From the NCBI GenBank assembly GCA_041492115.1, contig JBGPWJ010000001.1:1-49005 (forward strand): a DNA stretch of 49,005 nucleotides, written 5' to 3'. The stretch is from Gammaproteobacteria bacterium (GTDB lineage: Bacteria; Pseudomonadota; Gammaproteobacteria; JBBQDK01). Under the pieces are notes generated by a model. That model was given only the letters and a program-made list of their open reading frames with translations. It searched no databases and was not told where the DNA came from. Both the position numbers and the translations under genes were made by a program. Below are positions 17,689-25,284 of the stretch, one piece after another. Numbering within the stretch: position 1 is the first letter of the stretch; every line of letters starts with the position of its first letter.

Positions 17689-18167
17689 GAACCTTTTTCC
17701 TCATCCTGCCCGCGCAGCAAAGCCTGCACCTGGCGGTGTTGTTCGTCATTGAGTGTCACCGGCGCGCGGCGCCCGCGGCGACGGATTGTGATCACGGCGA
17801 TCAGCACACCGAGTGCCAGCAAGGCGAACGGCCCGTACCACAGCATCAGGGTGGTCGGTTTCACCGGCGGGTTGTAGAGCACGAAGTCACCGTAGCGCGC
17901 CACCAGGAAATCGGTGATTTGCTTATCACTTTGACCCTGGACCATCTTCTCGCGGATCTCACGGCGCAGGTCGGCGGCAAGTTCGGCATCGGAATCGGCC
18001 AGTGTCTCGTTCTGACACACCAGACAACGCAGCTCGTCAATGAGCGCCTTGTAACGGACCTCGTACTGTTCCGGCAGGTCGATGCCGTCAAGTCTGGCGG
18101 CCGAGGCGGGTTGTACAGACGTTGCACACAGCAGGATGGCGGCAACCGCACAGATCATCAGCCGCAT
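17685..18167 (-). CDS. ccmH: Cytochrome c-type biogenesis protein CcmH
   Basis: The LRCLVCQNETLADS motif (LRCxxCQ) is present. I set the start at MRLMICAVAAILL (ATG at 18167). The 50 extra N-terminal codons in the ORF track translate REP elements (PLPPGEGWGEGG..LSLSRRERG). Confidence 0.85.
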   Translation of the reverse strand: MRLMICAVAAILLCATSVQPASAARLDGIDLPEQYEVRYKALIDELRCLVCQNETLADSDAELAADLRREIREKMVQGQSDKQITDFLVARYGDFVLYNPPVKPTTLMLWYGPFALLALGVLIAVITIRRRGRRAPVTLNDEQHRQVQALLRGQDEEKGS

Positions 18168-18179
18168 TATAAGTAGACG

Positions 18180-18268
18180 TCCCCTCTCCCTTCGGGAGAG
18201 GGACAGGGTGAGGGGTGTTGATCGCTTATTACCTCCCTCACCCCAGCCCTCTCCCGGAGGGAGAGGGA
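18180..18268. repeat. Two REP-like elements in inverted orientation (copies 2 and 3) in the ccmG-ccmH spacer
   Basis: Nt 18180-18215 read tcccctctcccttcgggagagggacagggtgagggg. Nt 18234-18268 read tccctcaccccagccctctcccggagggagaggga. The flanking arms are mutually complementary. Confidence 0.65.
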
Positions 18269-18316
18269 GTCGAAGCGTTGCAGGTCTAGTTAACAGCACC
18301 GCCATTAACATGTTCA

Positions 18317-18847
18317 TTATTGCGCCGCCTGTAGTTTACGCACCACCGGCATGATCTTGGTGTCGAGATCGTTCTGCGTCACCGGGCCGATATGTTTGTA
18401 GCGGATCACACCGCTGCGGTCGACCACGAAGGTTTCTGGTACGCCGTACACACCCCAGTCGATGCCGACGCGGCCGTCGGCATCGAAGGCGCTGGCGATG
18501 TATGGGTTGCCGAACATCTGCAGCCAGCGCTGCGCATCCGCGCGCTGGTCTTTGTAGTTCAGTCCGTAAAGCTCGACTTGCTTGCCGCGTGCGAACTCGG
18601 TCAGCACCGGTTGTTCATCGCGGCACGACACGCACCACGAGGCCCAGACGTTGAGCAGATACACTTTGCCGAGCAGATCCTGCCGCGACAGATTCTTGCC
18701 GGCGTCCTGCAGCTGCGGCAAGGTGAAGGCCGGCGCCGGTTTGTCGATCAGCGGCGAGGGCACCTCGCGCGGATTCAGGCTCAGGCCGACGAACAACAGG
18801 GCAACCAGTGCGCCGAAGATGCCCAGTGGTAATAAATAACGTGTCAT
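18317..18847 (-). CDS. ccmG: Thiol:disulfide interchange protein CcmG/DsbE
   Basis: The protein has a TM anchor, the thioredoxin motif WASWCVSCRDE, and GVYGVPETFVVD. Confidence 0.9.
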   Translation of the reverse strand: MTRYLLPLGIFGALVALLFVGLSLNPREVPSPLIDKPAPAFTLPQLQDAGKNLSRQDLLGKVYLLNVWASWCVSCRDEQPVLTEFARGKQVELYGLNYKDQRADAQRWLQMFGNPYIASAFDADGRVGIDWGVYGVPETFVVDRSGVIRYKHIGPVTQNDLDTKIMPVVRKLQAAQ

Positions 18848-18856
18848 AGTTTGTCG

Positions 18857-20824
18857 TCAGGCACGTGCGGTCACTGCGCCGTCAGTCAGCGGCTTGGTCG
18901 CGCGTACTGCCACCCGATAGCGCTTATCGCTGGCCGCGAACATACCGCCCAGCGCCATGATCAGCGCGCCCATCCAGATCCAGCGGATGAACGGTTTGTA
19001 GTAGACGCGCACGCTCCAGGCACCGTTGTCGACCGGTTCACCGAGAGAGATATACAGATCGCGGAACACGCCGATGTCGATGTCTGACTCAGTCATCGGC
19101 ATGGTCTGCACAAGGTAAGTGCGCTTCTGCGGATGGAGCGTGGCGATCTCCTTGCCATTGCGCGTGACATGCATGGTGCCCTGATTCGCGGTGTAGTTCG
19201 GTCCCTTCATTTCCTTGACGCCGTCGAAGGTGAAGGTGTAGCCGGCGATGGTCACCGTGCTGCCGCGATCCATGCGCAGATCTTTCTCGATGTTGTAGGC
19301 GCCGGTGAGGGTCACGCCGAGGACGAATATGCCCACGCCAATGTGCGCCAGCGTCATGCCGATGAAGGCGCGCGGCAGACCGCCCCAGCCGCCCTGGCCT
19401 TTACGCGCGCGTTGGAACAGGCCACGCAGTGCGGTGACGATTACCCACAGACCGATCACCACGCTGAGCGCGGTCATGATGCTCATGTGTTGGGCCAGCG
19501 CGTAGAGCAGCGCCAGTCCACTGACAGTAACGCCGAGCAGCGTCGGCAGCAGTCGGCGCACGACGCTGCCCGCCTCATCCTGTTTCCAGCGTGTCATCGG
19601 ACCGATGCCTATCAGTACCGCGAGCGGTAGCATCAGCGGCACGAACACCGTGGAGAAGTAGGGCGGGCCGACGGAAATTTTGCCCAGGCCGAGGGCGTCG
19701 AGTATCAGCGGATACAAAGTGCCGAGCAGCACGCTGACTGCGGCCGTTACCAGGATCACGTTGTTGACCAGCAGCAGTGATTCGCGCGAGAAGCCCGAGA
19801 AGGTGCCGCCGCTCTTCACGCGCGGCGCGCGCCACGCATACAGCGCCAGCGAGCTGCCGATGACGGTGGTGAGAAACGCCAGAATGAAAATGCCGCGCCG
19901 CGGATCGGTGGCGAAGGCATGCACCGACACCAGCACGCCGGAGCGCACCAGGAATGTCCCGAGCAGCGACAGTGAGAAGGCGAAGATCGCCAGCAATACC
20001 GTCCAGGGTTTGAACGCGCCGCGTTTTTCAGTCACGGCCAGCGAGTGGATCAGCGCCGTGCCGACCAGCCAGGGCATGAACGAGGCGTTCTCGACAGGAT
20101 CCCAGAACCACCAGCCGCCCCAGCCGAGTTCGTTATAGGCCCACCAACTGCCGAGCGAGATGCCGGTGGTGAGGAAGGTCCAGGAGATGATGGTCCAGGG
20201 CCGTGACCAGCGCGCCCAGGTGGAATCGAGATGGCCGCCGAGCAAGGCGGCGATGGCGAAGGCGAAGGCCACCGAGAAGCCGACGTAACCCATGTAAAGC
20301 ATCGGCGGGTGCATGACCATGCCGGGGTCCTGCAACAGCGGATTGAGATCGCGGCCTTCCAGCGCGGCGGGGAACAGGCGCTCGAAAGGATTGGAGGTCA
20401 TCAGCATGAACAGCAGGAAGCCGATGCTGACCAAGCCCATCACGCCGATGACGCGTGCCACCATCGCCTGCGGCAGCGTGCGGCTGAACACGGTCACGGC
20501 CACGGTCCAGATACTGAGGATGAAGGCCCACAGCAGCAGCGAGCCTTCGTGCGCGCCCCATACCGCCGCGATGCGGTAATAGAACGGCAATGCGGAGTTG
20601 GAGTTTGATGCTACATACAGCACCGAGAAATCATTCACCAGGAATGCATACATCAGACTCAGGAAGGCGATCAGCATGAATACGAACTGGCCATGTGCCG
20701 CAGGCCGCGCCAGGGCCATCCACGCCAGATTGCCGCGATGTGCGCCGATCAGCGGCAGGATGCTCTGCGCCAACGCCAGGCACAGTGCGATGATCAAGGC
20801 GAAATGACCGAGTTCAGGGATCAT
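18857..20824 (-). CDS. ccmF: Cytochrome c heme lyase subunit CcmF
   Basis: This is a 655-aa polytopic protein with the WWD motif WGGWWFWDPVENASFMPW. Confidence 0.95.
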   Translation of the reverse strand: MIPELGHFALIIALCLALAQSILPLIGAHRGNLAWMALARPAAHGQFVFMLIAFLSLMYAFLVNDFSVLYVASNSNSALPFYYRIAAVWGAHEGSLLLWAFILSIWTVAVTVFSRTLPQAMVARVIGVMGLVSIGFLLFMLMTSNPFERLFPAALEGRDLNPLLQDPGMVMHPPMLYMGYVGFSVAFAFAIAALLGGHLDSTWARWSRPWTIISWTFLTTGISLGSWWAYNELGWGGWWFWDPVENASFMPWLVGTALIHSLAVTEKRGAFKPWTVLLAIFAFSLSLLGTFLVRSGVLVSVHAFATDPRRGIFILAFLTTVIGSSLALYAWRAPRVKSGGTFSGFSRESLLLVNNVILVTAAVSVLLGTLYPLILDALGLGKISVGPPYFSTVFVPLMLPLAVLIGIGPMTRWKQDEAGSVVRRLLPTLLGVTVSGLALLYALAQHMSIMTALSVVIGLWVIVTALRGLFQRARKGQGGWGGLPRAFIGMTLAHIGVGIFVLGVTLTGAYNIEKDLRMDRGSTVTIAGYTFTFDGVKEMKGPNYTANQGTMHVTRNGKEIATLHPQKRTYLVQTMPMTESDIDIGVFRDLYISLGEPVDNGAWSVRVYYKPFIRWIWMGALIMALGGMFAASDKRYRVAVRATKPLTDGAVTARA

Positions 20825-21282
20825 GGTTTCTGTCCTGGTTTGATGTGCATGGCTTCCATGGCCGCTTTCTTGATGGCGTAGGAGGCTTCGGGTGGCATGT
20901 ATTTCTCATCGTGCTTGGCGAGTACTTCTTCGGCGATGAAGGCGCCGCCGTCATTGAGCCGACCCATGGCGACGATGCCCTGACCTTCGCGGAACAGGTC
21001 GGGCAGAATGCCTTTATAGGTGACAGGAATGCTCTTGGCCGTGTCGGTCACAGTGAAATGCACGGTAAGTCCGTCGGATTCGCGCTTGACGCTGCCGGTC
21101 TCGACCAATCCGCCGACGCGGAAGGCGCGGCCCTTGGGCGCCGCGCCTTCGGCGACCTGCGAGGGCGTGTAGAAATACAGCAAGTTCTGTTTGAATGCCG
21201 ACAATCCCAGCGCGGCGGCGGTACTGATGCCGAGCACGATCAGGAAGACAAAGATCAGGCGTTTCTTGCGCTGCGGTCTCAT
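20821..21282 (-). CDS. ccmE: Heme chaperone CcmE
   Basis: The heme-binding motif is VLAKHDEKYMPPE. The protein has a single N-terminal TM helix and overlaps ccmF by 4 nt. Confidence 0.95.
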   Translation of the reverse strand: MRPQRKKRLIFVFLIVLGISTAAALGLSAFKQNLLYFYTPSQVAEGAAPKGRAFRVGGLVETGSVKRESDGLTVHFTVTDTAKSIPVTYKGILPDLFREGQGIVAMGRLNDGGAFIAEEVLAKHDEKYMPPEASYAIKKAAMEAMHIKPGQKP

Positions 21283-21446
21283 GCTAAGCCCTCGCGACGT
21301 AGCTTGCCGATCAGGTCACGGCGTTGTCGGCGGGCGTTCACCATCGGTACCAGCAGATTGGCGATGAGGATCACGGCGGCCAGCCCGTAGGAGGTCCAGA
21401 CGTAGAAGGCGTAGCCGCCCATGTGCAGGAATTCGGTTAATGTCAT
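21279..21446 (-). CDS. ccmD: Heme exporter protein CcmD (55 aa; below the ORF-track size cutoff)
   Basis: The minus-strand ORF encodes MTLTEFLHMGGYAFYVWTSYGLAAVILIANLLVPMVNARRQRRDLIGKLRREGLA. It shares an ATGA overlap with the ccmE start and occupies the canonical position between ccmC and ccmE. Confidence 0.75.
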   Translation of the reverse strand: MTLTEFLHMGGYAFYVWTSYGLAAVILIANLLVPMVNARRQRRDLIGKLRREGLA

Positions 21447-21480
21447 ATCGATCTCTGATGCTCAAACAAATTAAAAATAC

Positions 21481-21504
21481 TCTCTCCCCGGAGGGGAGGG
21501 GGGG
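21481..21504. repeat. REP-like hairpin, copy 4, in the ccmC-ccmD spacer
   Basis: The sequence tctctccccggaggggaggggggg abuts the ccmC stop codon. Confidence 0.5.
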
Positions 21505-22269
21505 CTATGGTTGCAGCAATACCTCACGCACCCAACTGCTGCCGCGTTCGCGCTCCAGCAGCACCGTGCGTGCGCGCATCATCACTACCGTGATGAAATA
21601 CAATTTGAAGGCCAGCGCCATCACCAGCAGCGGGATCAGCATCGAGGTGGCGATTGACGGCGCGCCCAGCTTGGTCACGGTGGAGCCCTGGTGCAGGGTG
21701 TTCCACCACACCACCGAGTAATGAATGATCGGGATGTTGACCACGCCGACCAGGGCCAGCACCGTCGAGGCGCGTGCCGCGGTGCGGGTGTCGTCGATGG
21801 CGGCCTGCAGGGCGATGTACCCTAAGTACAGAAACAGCAGCATAAGTTCCGAAGTCAGGCGCGCATCCCACACCCACCAAGTGCCCCACATCGGTTTGCC
21901 CCACAGCGAACCGGTGACCAGGGCCAGAAAGGTGAACGAGGCGCCGAGCGGGGCGCAACTCGCCGCCATGATGTCGGCCAGCTTGATCTTCCACACCATG
22001 CCGATGGCGCCAGCCCCGGCCATGACCATGTAGATGAACATGGACATCCAGGCAGCGGGCACGTGGATGAAGATGATGCGGTAACTGTCACCCTGCTGGT
22101 AATCGCTGGGTGCCAGCACCAGACCATCATACAGCCCGTAGCCGAACAGCAGCACAGTGACGACGCCGAACCACGGGATCAGCCGTCCGGAAAGTGCGTA
22201 GAAATATTTCGGCGAGGCCAGCTTATGGAAGAAGGTCCACATCGGTTTAGAGGGCTCCCGCTTGTTCAA
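21505..22269 (-). CDS. ccmC: Heme exporter protein CcmC
   Basis: The WWD motif is WGKPMWGTWWVWDARLTSE, in a polytopic membrane protein. Confidence 0.95.
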   Translation of the reverse strand: MNKREPSKPMWTFFHKLASPKYFYALSGRLIPWFGVVTVLLFGYGLYDGLVLAPSDYQQGDSYRIIFIHVPAAWMSMFIYMVMAGAGAIGMVWKIKLADIMAASCAPLGASFTFLALVTGSLWGKPMWGTWWVWDARLTSELMLLFLYLGYIALQAAIDDTRTAARASTVLALVGVVNIPIIHYSVVWWNTLHQGSTVTKLGAPSIATSMLIPLLVMALAFKLYFITVVMMRARTVLLERERGSSWVREVLLQP

Positions 22270-22367
22270 GTCTGTAATGGCACATGTACCACATGGTAAA
22301 TACGATTAGTAGCCTGGGTTAAGCTTGCGGCTGTGGCCTGCGGCGCGCTTTGCGCTTTATCAATATT

Positions 22368-23045
22368 TTAACTGACGCTGATGCGCAGCGCCGCTGCCGC
22401 GGCCATGGGCGCCAGCGTCAGCGCCAGGGCCAGTAGCGCGGCCAGGAAATACAGTTGCGCCAGCACCGGCAGGCCGATGGCGGCGTCGGATACAGCGCTG
22501 GCCGCGAAGATCAGCACCGGCACGTACAGCGGCAACACCAGCAGCGATAACAGCACGCCGCCGCGCCGCAATCCCACCGTGAGCGCCACACCGATGGCGC
22601 CGATCAGACTCAGTACCGGCGTGCCCAGCGCCAAACTGGCCAGCAATGCGCCCATCGAAGTCGGCGGCAGGTGCAACAAGACGCCCAATAAAGGCGCCAC
22701 CAGGATCAGTGGTATGCCAGTGACAATCCAATGGGCGATGATCTTTGTCAATACCAGAAGTGCTGTCGGGTGCGGGCTGAGCAGCAGTTGTTCCAGGCTG
22801 CCGTCCTCGAAATCGGAACGGAAGATGCCCTCCAGCGACAGTAGTGCCGCCAGCAGCGCCGCCACCCAGATCACTCCTGGCGCGATAGTTTGCAGAGTAT
22901 GCGAGTCCGGGCCCACGCCGAGTGGGAACAGGCTCACAACCATGACAAAAAACAGCAGCGGATTGGCCAGTTCACCGCGATGCCGCAAGGCCAGGGTCAG
23001 ATCACGGCGCAGTAATGCGAGACAGGCTTGGTTCAGATTGGGCAT
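22368..23045 (-). CDS. ccmB: Heme exporter permease CcmB
   Basis: I set the start at MPNLNQACLALLRRDLTLALR (ATG at 23045, 2 nt after the ccmA stop), which matches the typical CcmB N-terminus. The 12 upstream codons in the ORF track overlap ccmA. Confidence 0.9.
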   Translation of the reverse strand: MPNLNQACLALLRRDLTLALRHRGELANPLLFFVMVVSLFPLGVGPDSHTLQTIAPGVIWVAALLAALLSLEGIFRSDFEDGSLEQLLLSPHPTALLVLTKIIAHWIVTGIPLILVAPLLGVLLHLPPTSMGALLASLALGTPVLSLIGAIGVALTVGLRRGGVLLSLLVLPLYVPVLIFAASAVSDAAIGLPVLAQLYFLAALLALALTLAPMAAAAALRISVS

Positions 23046-23047
23046 GA

Positions 23048-23716
23048 TCAGGCGCCGATCTGCAGGCTCAGCGGCGTGCATTGCTGCAGCACCACCGGCT
23101 GATGCGTGGTGAGCACGGCGATGCCACCGTTACGGCTGTGGGTTTCGAGCAGGGATTCGATCAGGGCCTTGCCGGTGCGGTCCAGCGCGGTGAAAGGTTC
23201 ATCGAGCACCCACAGGCGCGCGTCCAGTACCAGCAGCCGCGCCAGTGCCACGCGCCGCCGTTGTCCCGCCGACAAAGTGCGCGCCGGCAGATCCTCGAAG
23301 CCATACAGGCCGACCTGTTTGATGACCTCGTCCAGCGTAACCCCGGCGCGCGGGCGGCCCAGGGACTGGGACATGCGCAGATTCTCGCGCGGACTGAGGT
23401 CCTCCTTGATGCCGTGCATATGGCCGACATAGGCGACATCGGCCAGGAACTCGTGGCGCATGTCCTGGATATCCGTGCCCTGCCAACGCACACAGCCCTG
23501 CGCCGGCAGCAGCAGGCCGCAGAGCATCCGCAGCAGGCTGGTTTTGCCGCTGCCGTTGGGGCCTTCCACTTGGAGGATCTGGCCGGGCAGGAGGGTGAAG
23601 CTGAGTCCGGCGAACAGGGTGCGGTCATGGCGCACGCAGTGCAGGTCCAATGCCTCGAAACAGTTCTGCGTAAGGGGTATAGCGGCGGTGGGCATGCTGG
23701 CGGGGGATGAATCCAT
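23048..23716 (-). CDS. ccmA: Heme exporter ATP-binding protein CcmA
   Basis: Walker A is GPNGSGKTSLLRML, the ABC signature is LSAGQRRRVALARL, and Walker B is LWVLDEP. Confidence 0.9.
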   Translation of the reverse strand: MDSSPASMPTAAIPLTQNCFEALDLHCVRHDRTLFAGLSFTLLPGQILQVEGPNGSGKTSLLRMLCGLLLPAQGCVRWQGTDIQDMRHEFLADVAYVGHMHGIKEDLSPRENLRMSQSLGRPRAGVTLDEVIKQVGLYGFEDLPARTLSAGQRRRVALARLLVLDARLWVLDEPFTALDRTGKALIESLLETHSRNGGIAVLTTHQPVVLQQCTPLSLQIGA

Positions 23717-23781
23717 GGCCTGTTAGCTTAGCTAAATCGCGGGCCAGTATACACACTTTTCCTGTTGATCTGGGCGCGCCC

Positions 23782-24540
23782 TCAGGCCGGCACTGCTTCC
23801 GCGTATTCCTTTAGCGCTTTTTCACTGTACTCGAAACGGCCATCGTCGCGATGCCGCAGAATCCCTTGACGTTTCAAGTCCGCCAAGATCCGACTGACGC
23901 TCTCCGCAGTGATGTCCAGCATGGCCGCGATATCCTCGCCCTTCAGCAGCACGACTCTGGATTTACGCTCATCATCGGTGATCTCGGACAGCCAGCAGAT
24001 CAGGTGAGCGACACGTTGTTTCACATTGCCTGACAGCACCATCATGATGTAATCGTCGGTCTGGAACAGCGCGGAAGCCCAACGTTCCATCAACTGACGG
24101 TAGAAACGCGGCTTCTCCATATCCAGTTGCCGCAGCACGCCGATCGGGATGCGGCAGGCATTGACCGGTTGCAGGGCGATCGCCGTGTGGCCATAGGGAC
24201 GTCCGAGCACGCGTTCAAGGCCGATCGAATCAGCGGTCTTCATGAGACGGATGATCCGCTCTCTGCCATCGGGCAGATAGCGCACCAGTTTCACCAGGCC
24301 GCTGCGGATGGTGTAGATGGCGTTATCGTCACTGCCCTGCTGGTAGATGACCGAGCCCTTCTCGTAGCTGAATTCATCGATGGGCTCGTAAATACCCTGG
24401 ATGATGTGGTTGAGATCGCCTGAAGACAGGTCGCTGAACAGTACTTCGTGCAGGATATTGCAGGTGCGGCACACCGACCGTCCGACCCAGGTCGGATAGC
24501 ACATGCATGGGCTGTGATTCTTCATGTTCATAACAAGCAT
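23782..24540 (-). CDS. CRP/FNR-family transcriptional regulator with N-terminal Cys cluster (CxC-x9-CxxC)
   Basis: The N-terminus HSPCMCYPTWVGRSVCRTCNI carries the Cys cluster. A cNMP-binding-like beta-roll (IYQQGSDDNAIYTIRSGLVKL) follows. The C-terminal HTH carries the FNR-type E--SR recognition motif (ITAESVSRIL). Confidence 0.85.
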   Translation of the reverse strand: MLVMNMKNHSPCMCYPTWVGRSVCRTCNILHEVLFSDLSSGDLNHIIQGIYEPIDEFSYEKGSVIYQQGSDDNAIYTIRSGLVKLVRYLPDGRERIIRLMKTADSIGLERVLGRPYGHTAIALQPVNACRIPIGVLRQLDMEKPRFYRQLMERWASALFQTDDYIMMVLSGNVKQRVAHLICWLSEITDDERKSRVVLLKGEDIAAMLDITAESVSRILADLKRQGILRHRDDGRFEYSEKALKEYAEAVPA

Positions 24541-24698
24541 CCGTTTTGCTGATCAGATTCGCCTGGCCGCGCCTGAGTCACAAAGGCTCCAGCATGGATC
24601 CTCTCAGCGTTGGCTATGCCTGACGAGCCTCTTTGTCGGTCCAATGAGAGCAGATTTTTGCCTTGCTGTAATTGCGTTTCATCAAGAAAAGAGGCGAT
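24231..24698. repeat. Segmental duplication, copy A (5' third of the FNR-like gene plus its upstream region)
   Basis: This segment aligns by eye with 28347-28790 at high identity, for example cagcggtcttcatgagacgg versus cagcggccctcatgaggcgg and gattcgcctggccgc in both. Copy A carries an extra insert of about 35 bp in the noncoding part. Confidence 0.8.
24672..24685. promoter_or_regulatory. FNR-box-like site TTGCG-TTTC-ATCAA upstream of the FNR-like gene
   Basis: The right half-site is perfect and the left matches 3 of 5 positions. The site is conserved in the duplicated copy at 28757-28770. Confidence 0.35.
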
Positions 24699-24794
24699 TT
24701 TCTTCCTGTCCGCGACAGTTGCTGATCACGCGCCCCACCGGAACAACGCGGGGCCGGCCGGTACTCAGGAATGACTTCCACTCAATTCCTGCGG

Positions 24795-25175
24795 CTACTT
24801 CTTCTTGGGCGCGTAGAGCGCCGCGTTCTTGGCAGCATCCTGCTTGGGCTGCTTGGCGATGACCAGTCCCTTCACGTCCTGATAGGTTCCCTCAGGCAGA
24901 ATCTTGTGGGTGAGCAGATGCGCCTTGGTGGCGTAAGGACGGCCAGCGATGATCTTGTCGGCATCAGCATCGCTGACACCAGGGAGTTGCTTCAGTTCTT
25001 CTTTCTTTGCACTGTTGATGTCGACCAGTTCGGTCTTGGCGCTTTTCGGGCTCACTTTGGCCATGCTGGCGGCTTGCTGCGGCGCGTCCGCTGTATTTTC
25101 AGCGGCAAAGGACAGGTTGGCGCTGAGCAGCAGCGCTGCTGCAGTCAGGGCAATGGAGATAGAGTGGCGTTTCAT
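24795..25175 (-). CDS. Secreted helix-hairpin-helix (ComEA-like) protein
   Basis: I set the start at MKRHSISIALTAAALLLSANLSFA (ATG at 25175, RBS AAGGA). The HhH motif is DINSAKKEELKQLPGVSDADADKIIAGRPY. The longer ORF-track form would overlap the upstream cytochrome gene and its hairpins. Confidence 0.75.
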   Translation of the reverse strand: MKRHSISIALTAAALLLSANLSFAAENTADAPQQAASMAKVSPKSAKTELVDINSAKKEELKQLPGVSDADADKIIAGRPYATKAHLLTHKILPEGTYQDVKGLVIAKQPKQDAAKNAALYAPKKK

Positions 25176-25196
25176 AAAATTCCTTTTGAAAAGGAT

Positions 25197-25224
25197 AACC
25201 CGGATCCGTTGCCGCATCCGGGTT
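25197..25224 (-). terminator. Hairpin with partial T-run downstream of the decaheme gene (possible attenuating terminator)
   Basis: The stem-loop is AACCCGGAT-N10-ATCCGGGTT (9-bp perfect stem), followed on the minus strand by ATCCTTTTC. A second perfect hairpin, CGGGGCAC-N8-GTGCCCCG, lies at 25245-25268. Confidence 0.4.
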
Positions 25225-25284
25225 AGCTTGTTAAGTCCAGCGAGCGGGGCACGATACACTGTGCCCCGACTTTGCTGGGGTGGA

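Noticed and set aside
18168-18317. A 50-codon N-terminal extension of CcmH in the ORF track.
   Set aside because: It translates two REP-like hairpin elements. A normal CcmH signal-anchor begins at the internal ATG at 18167.
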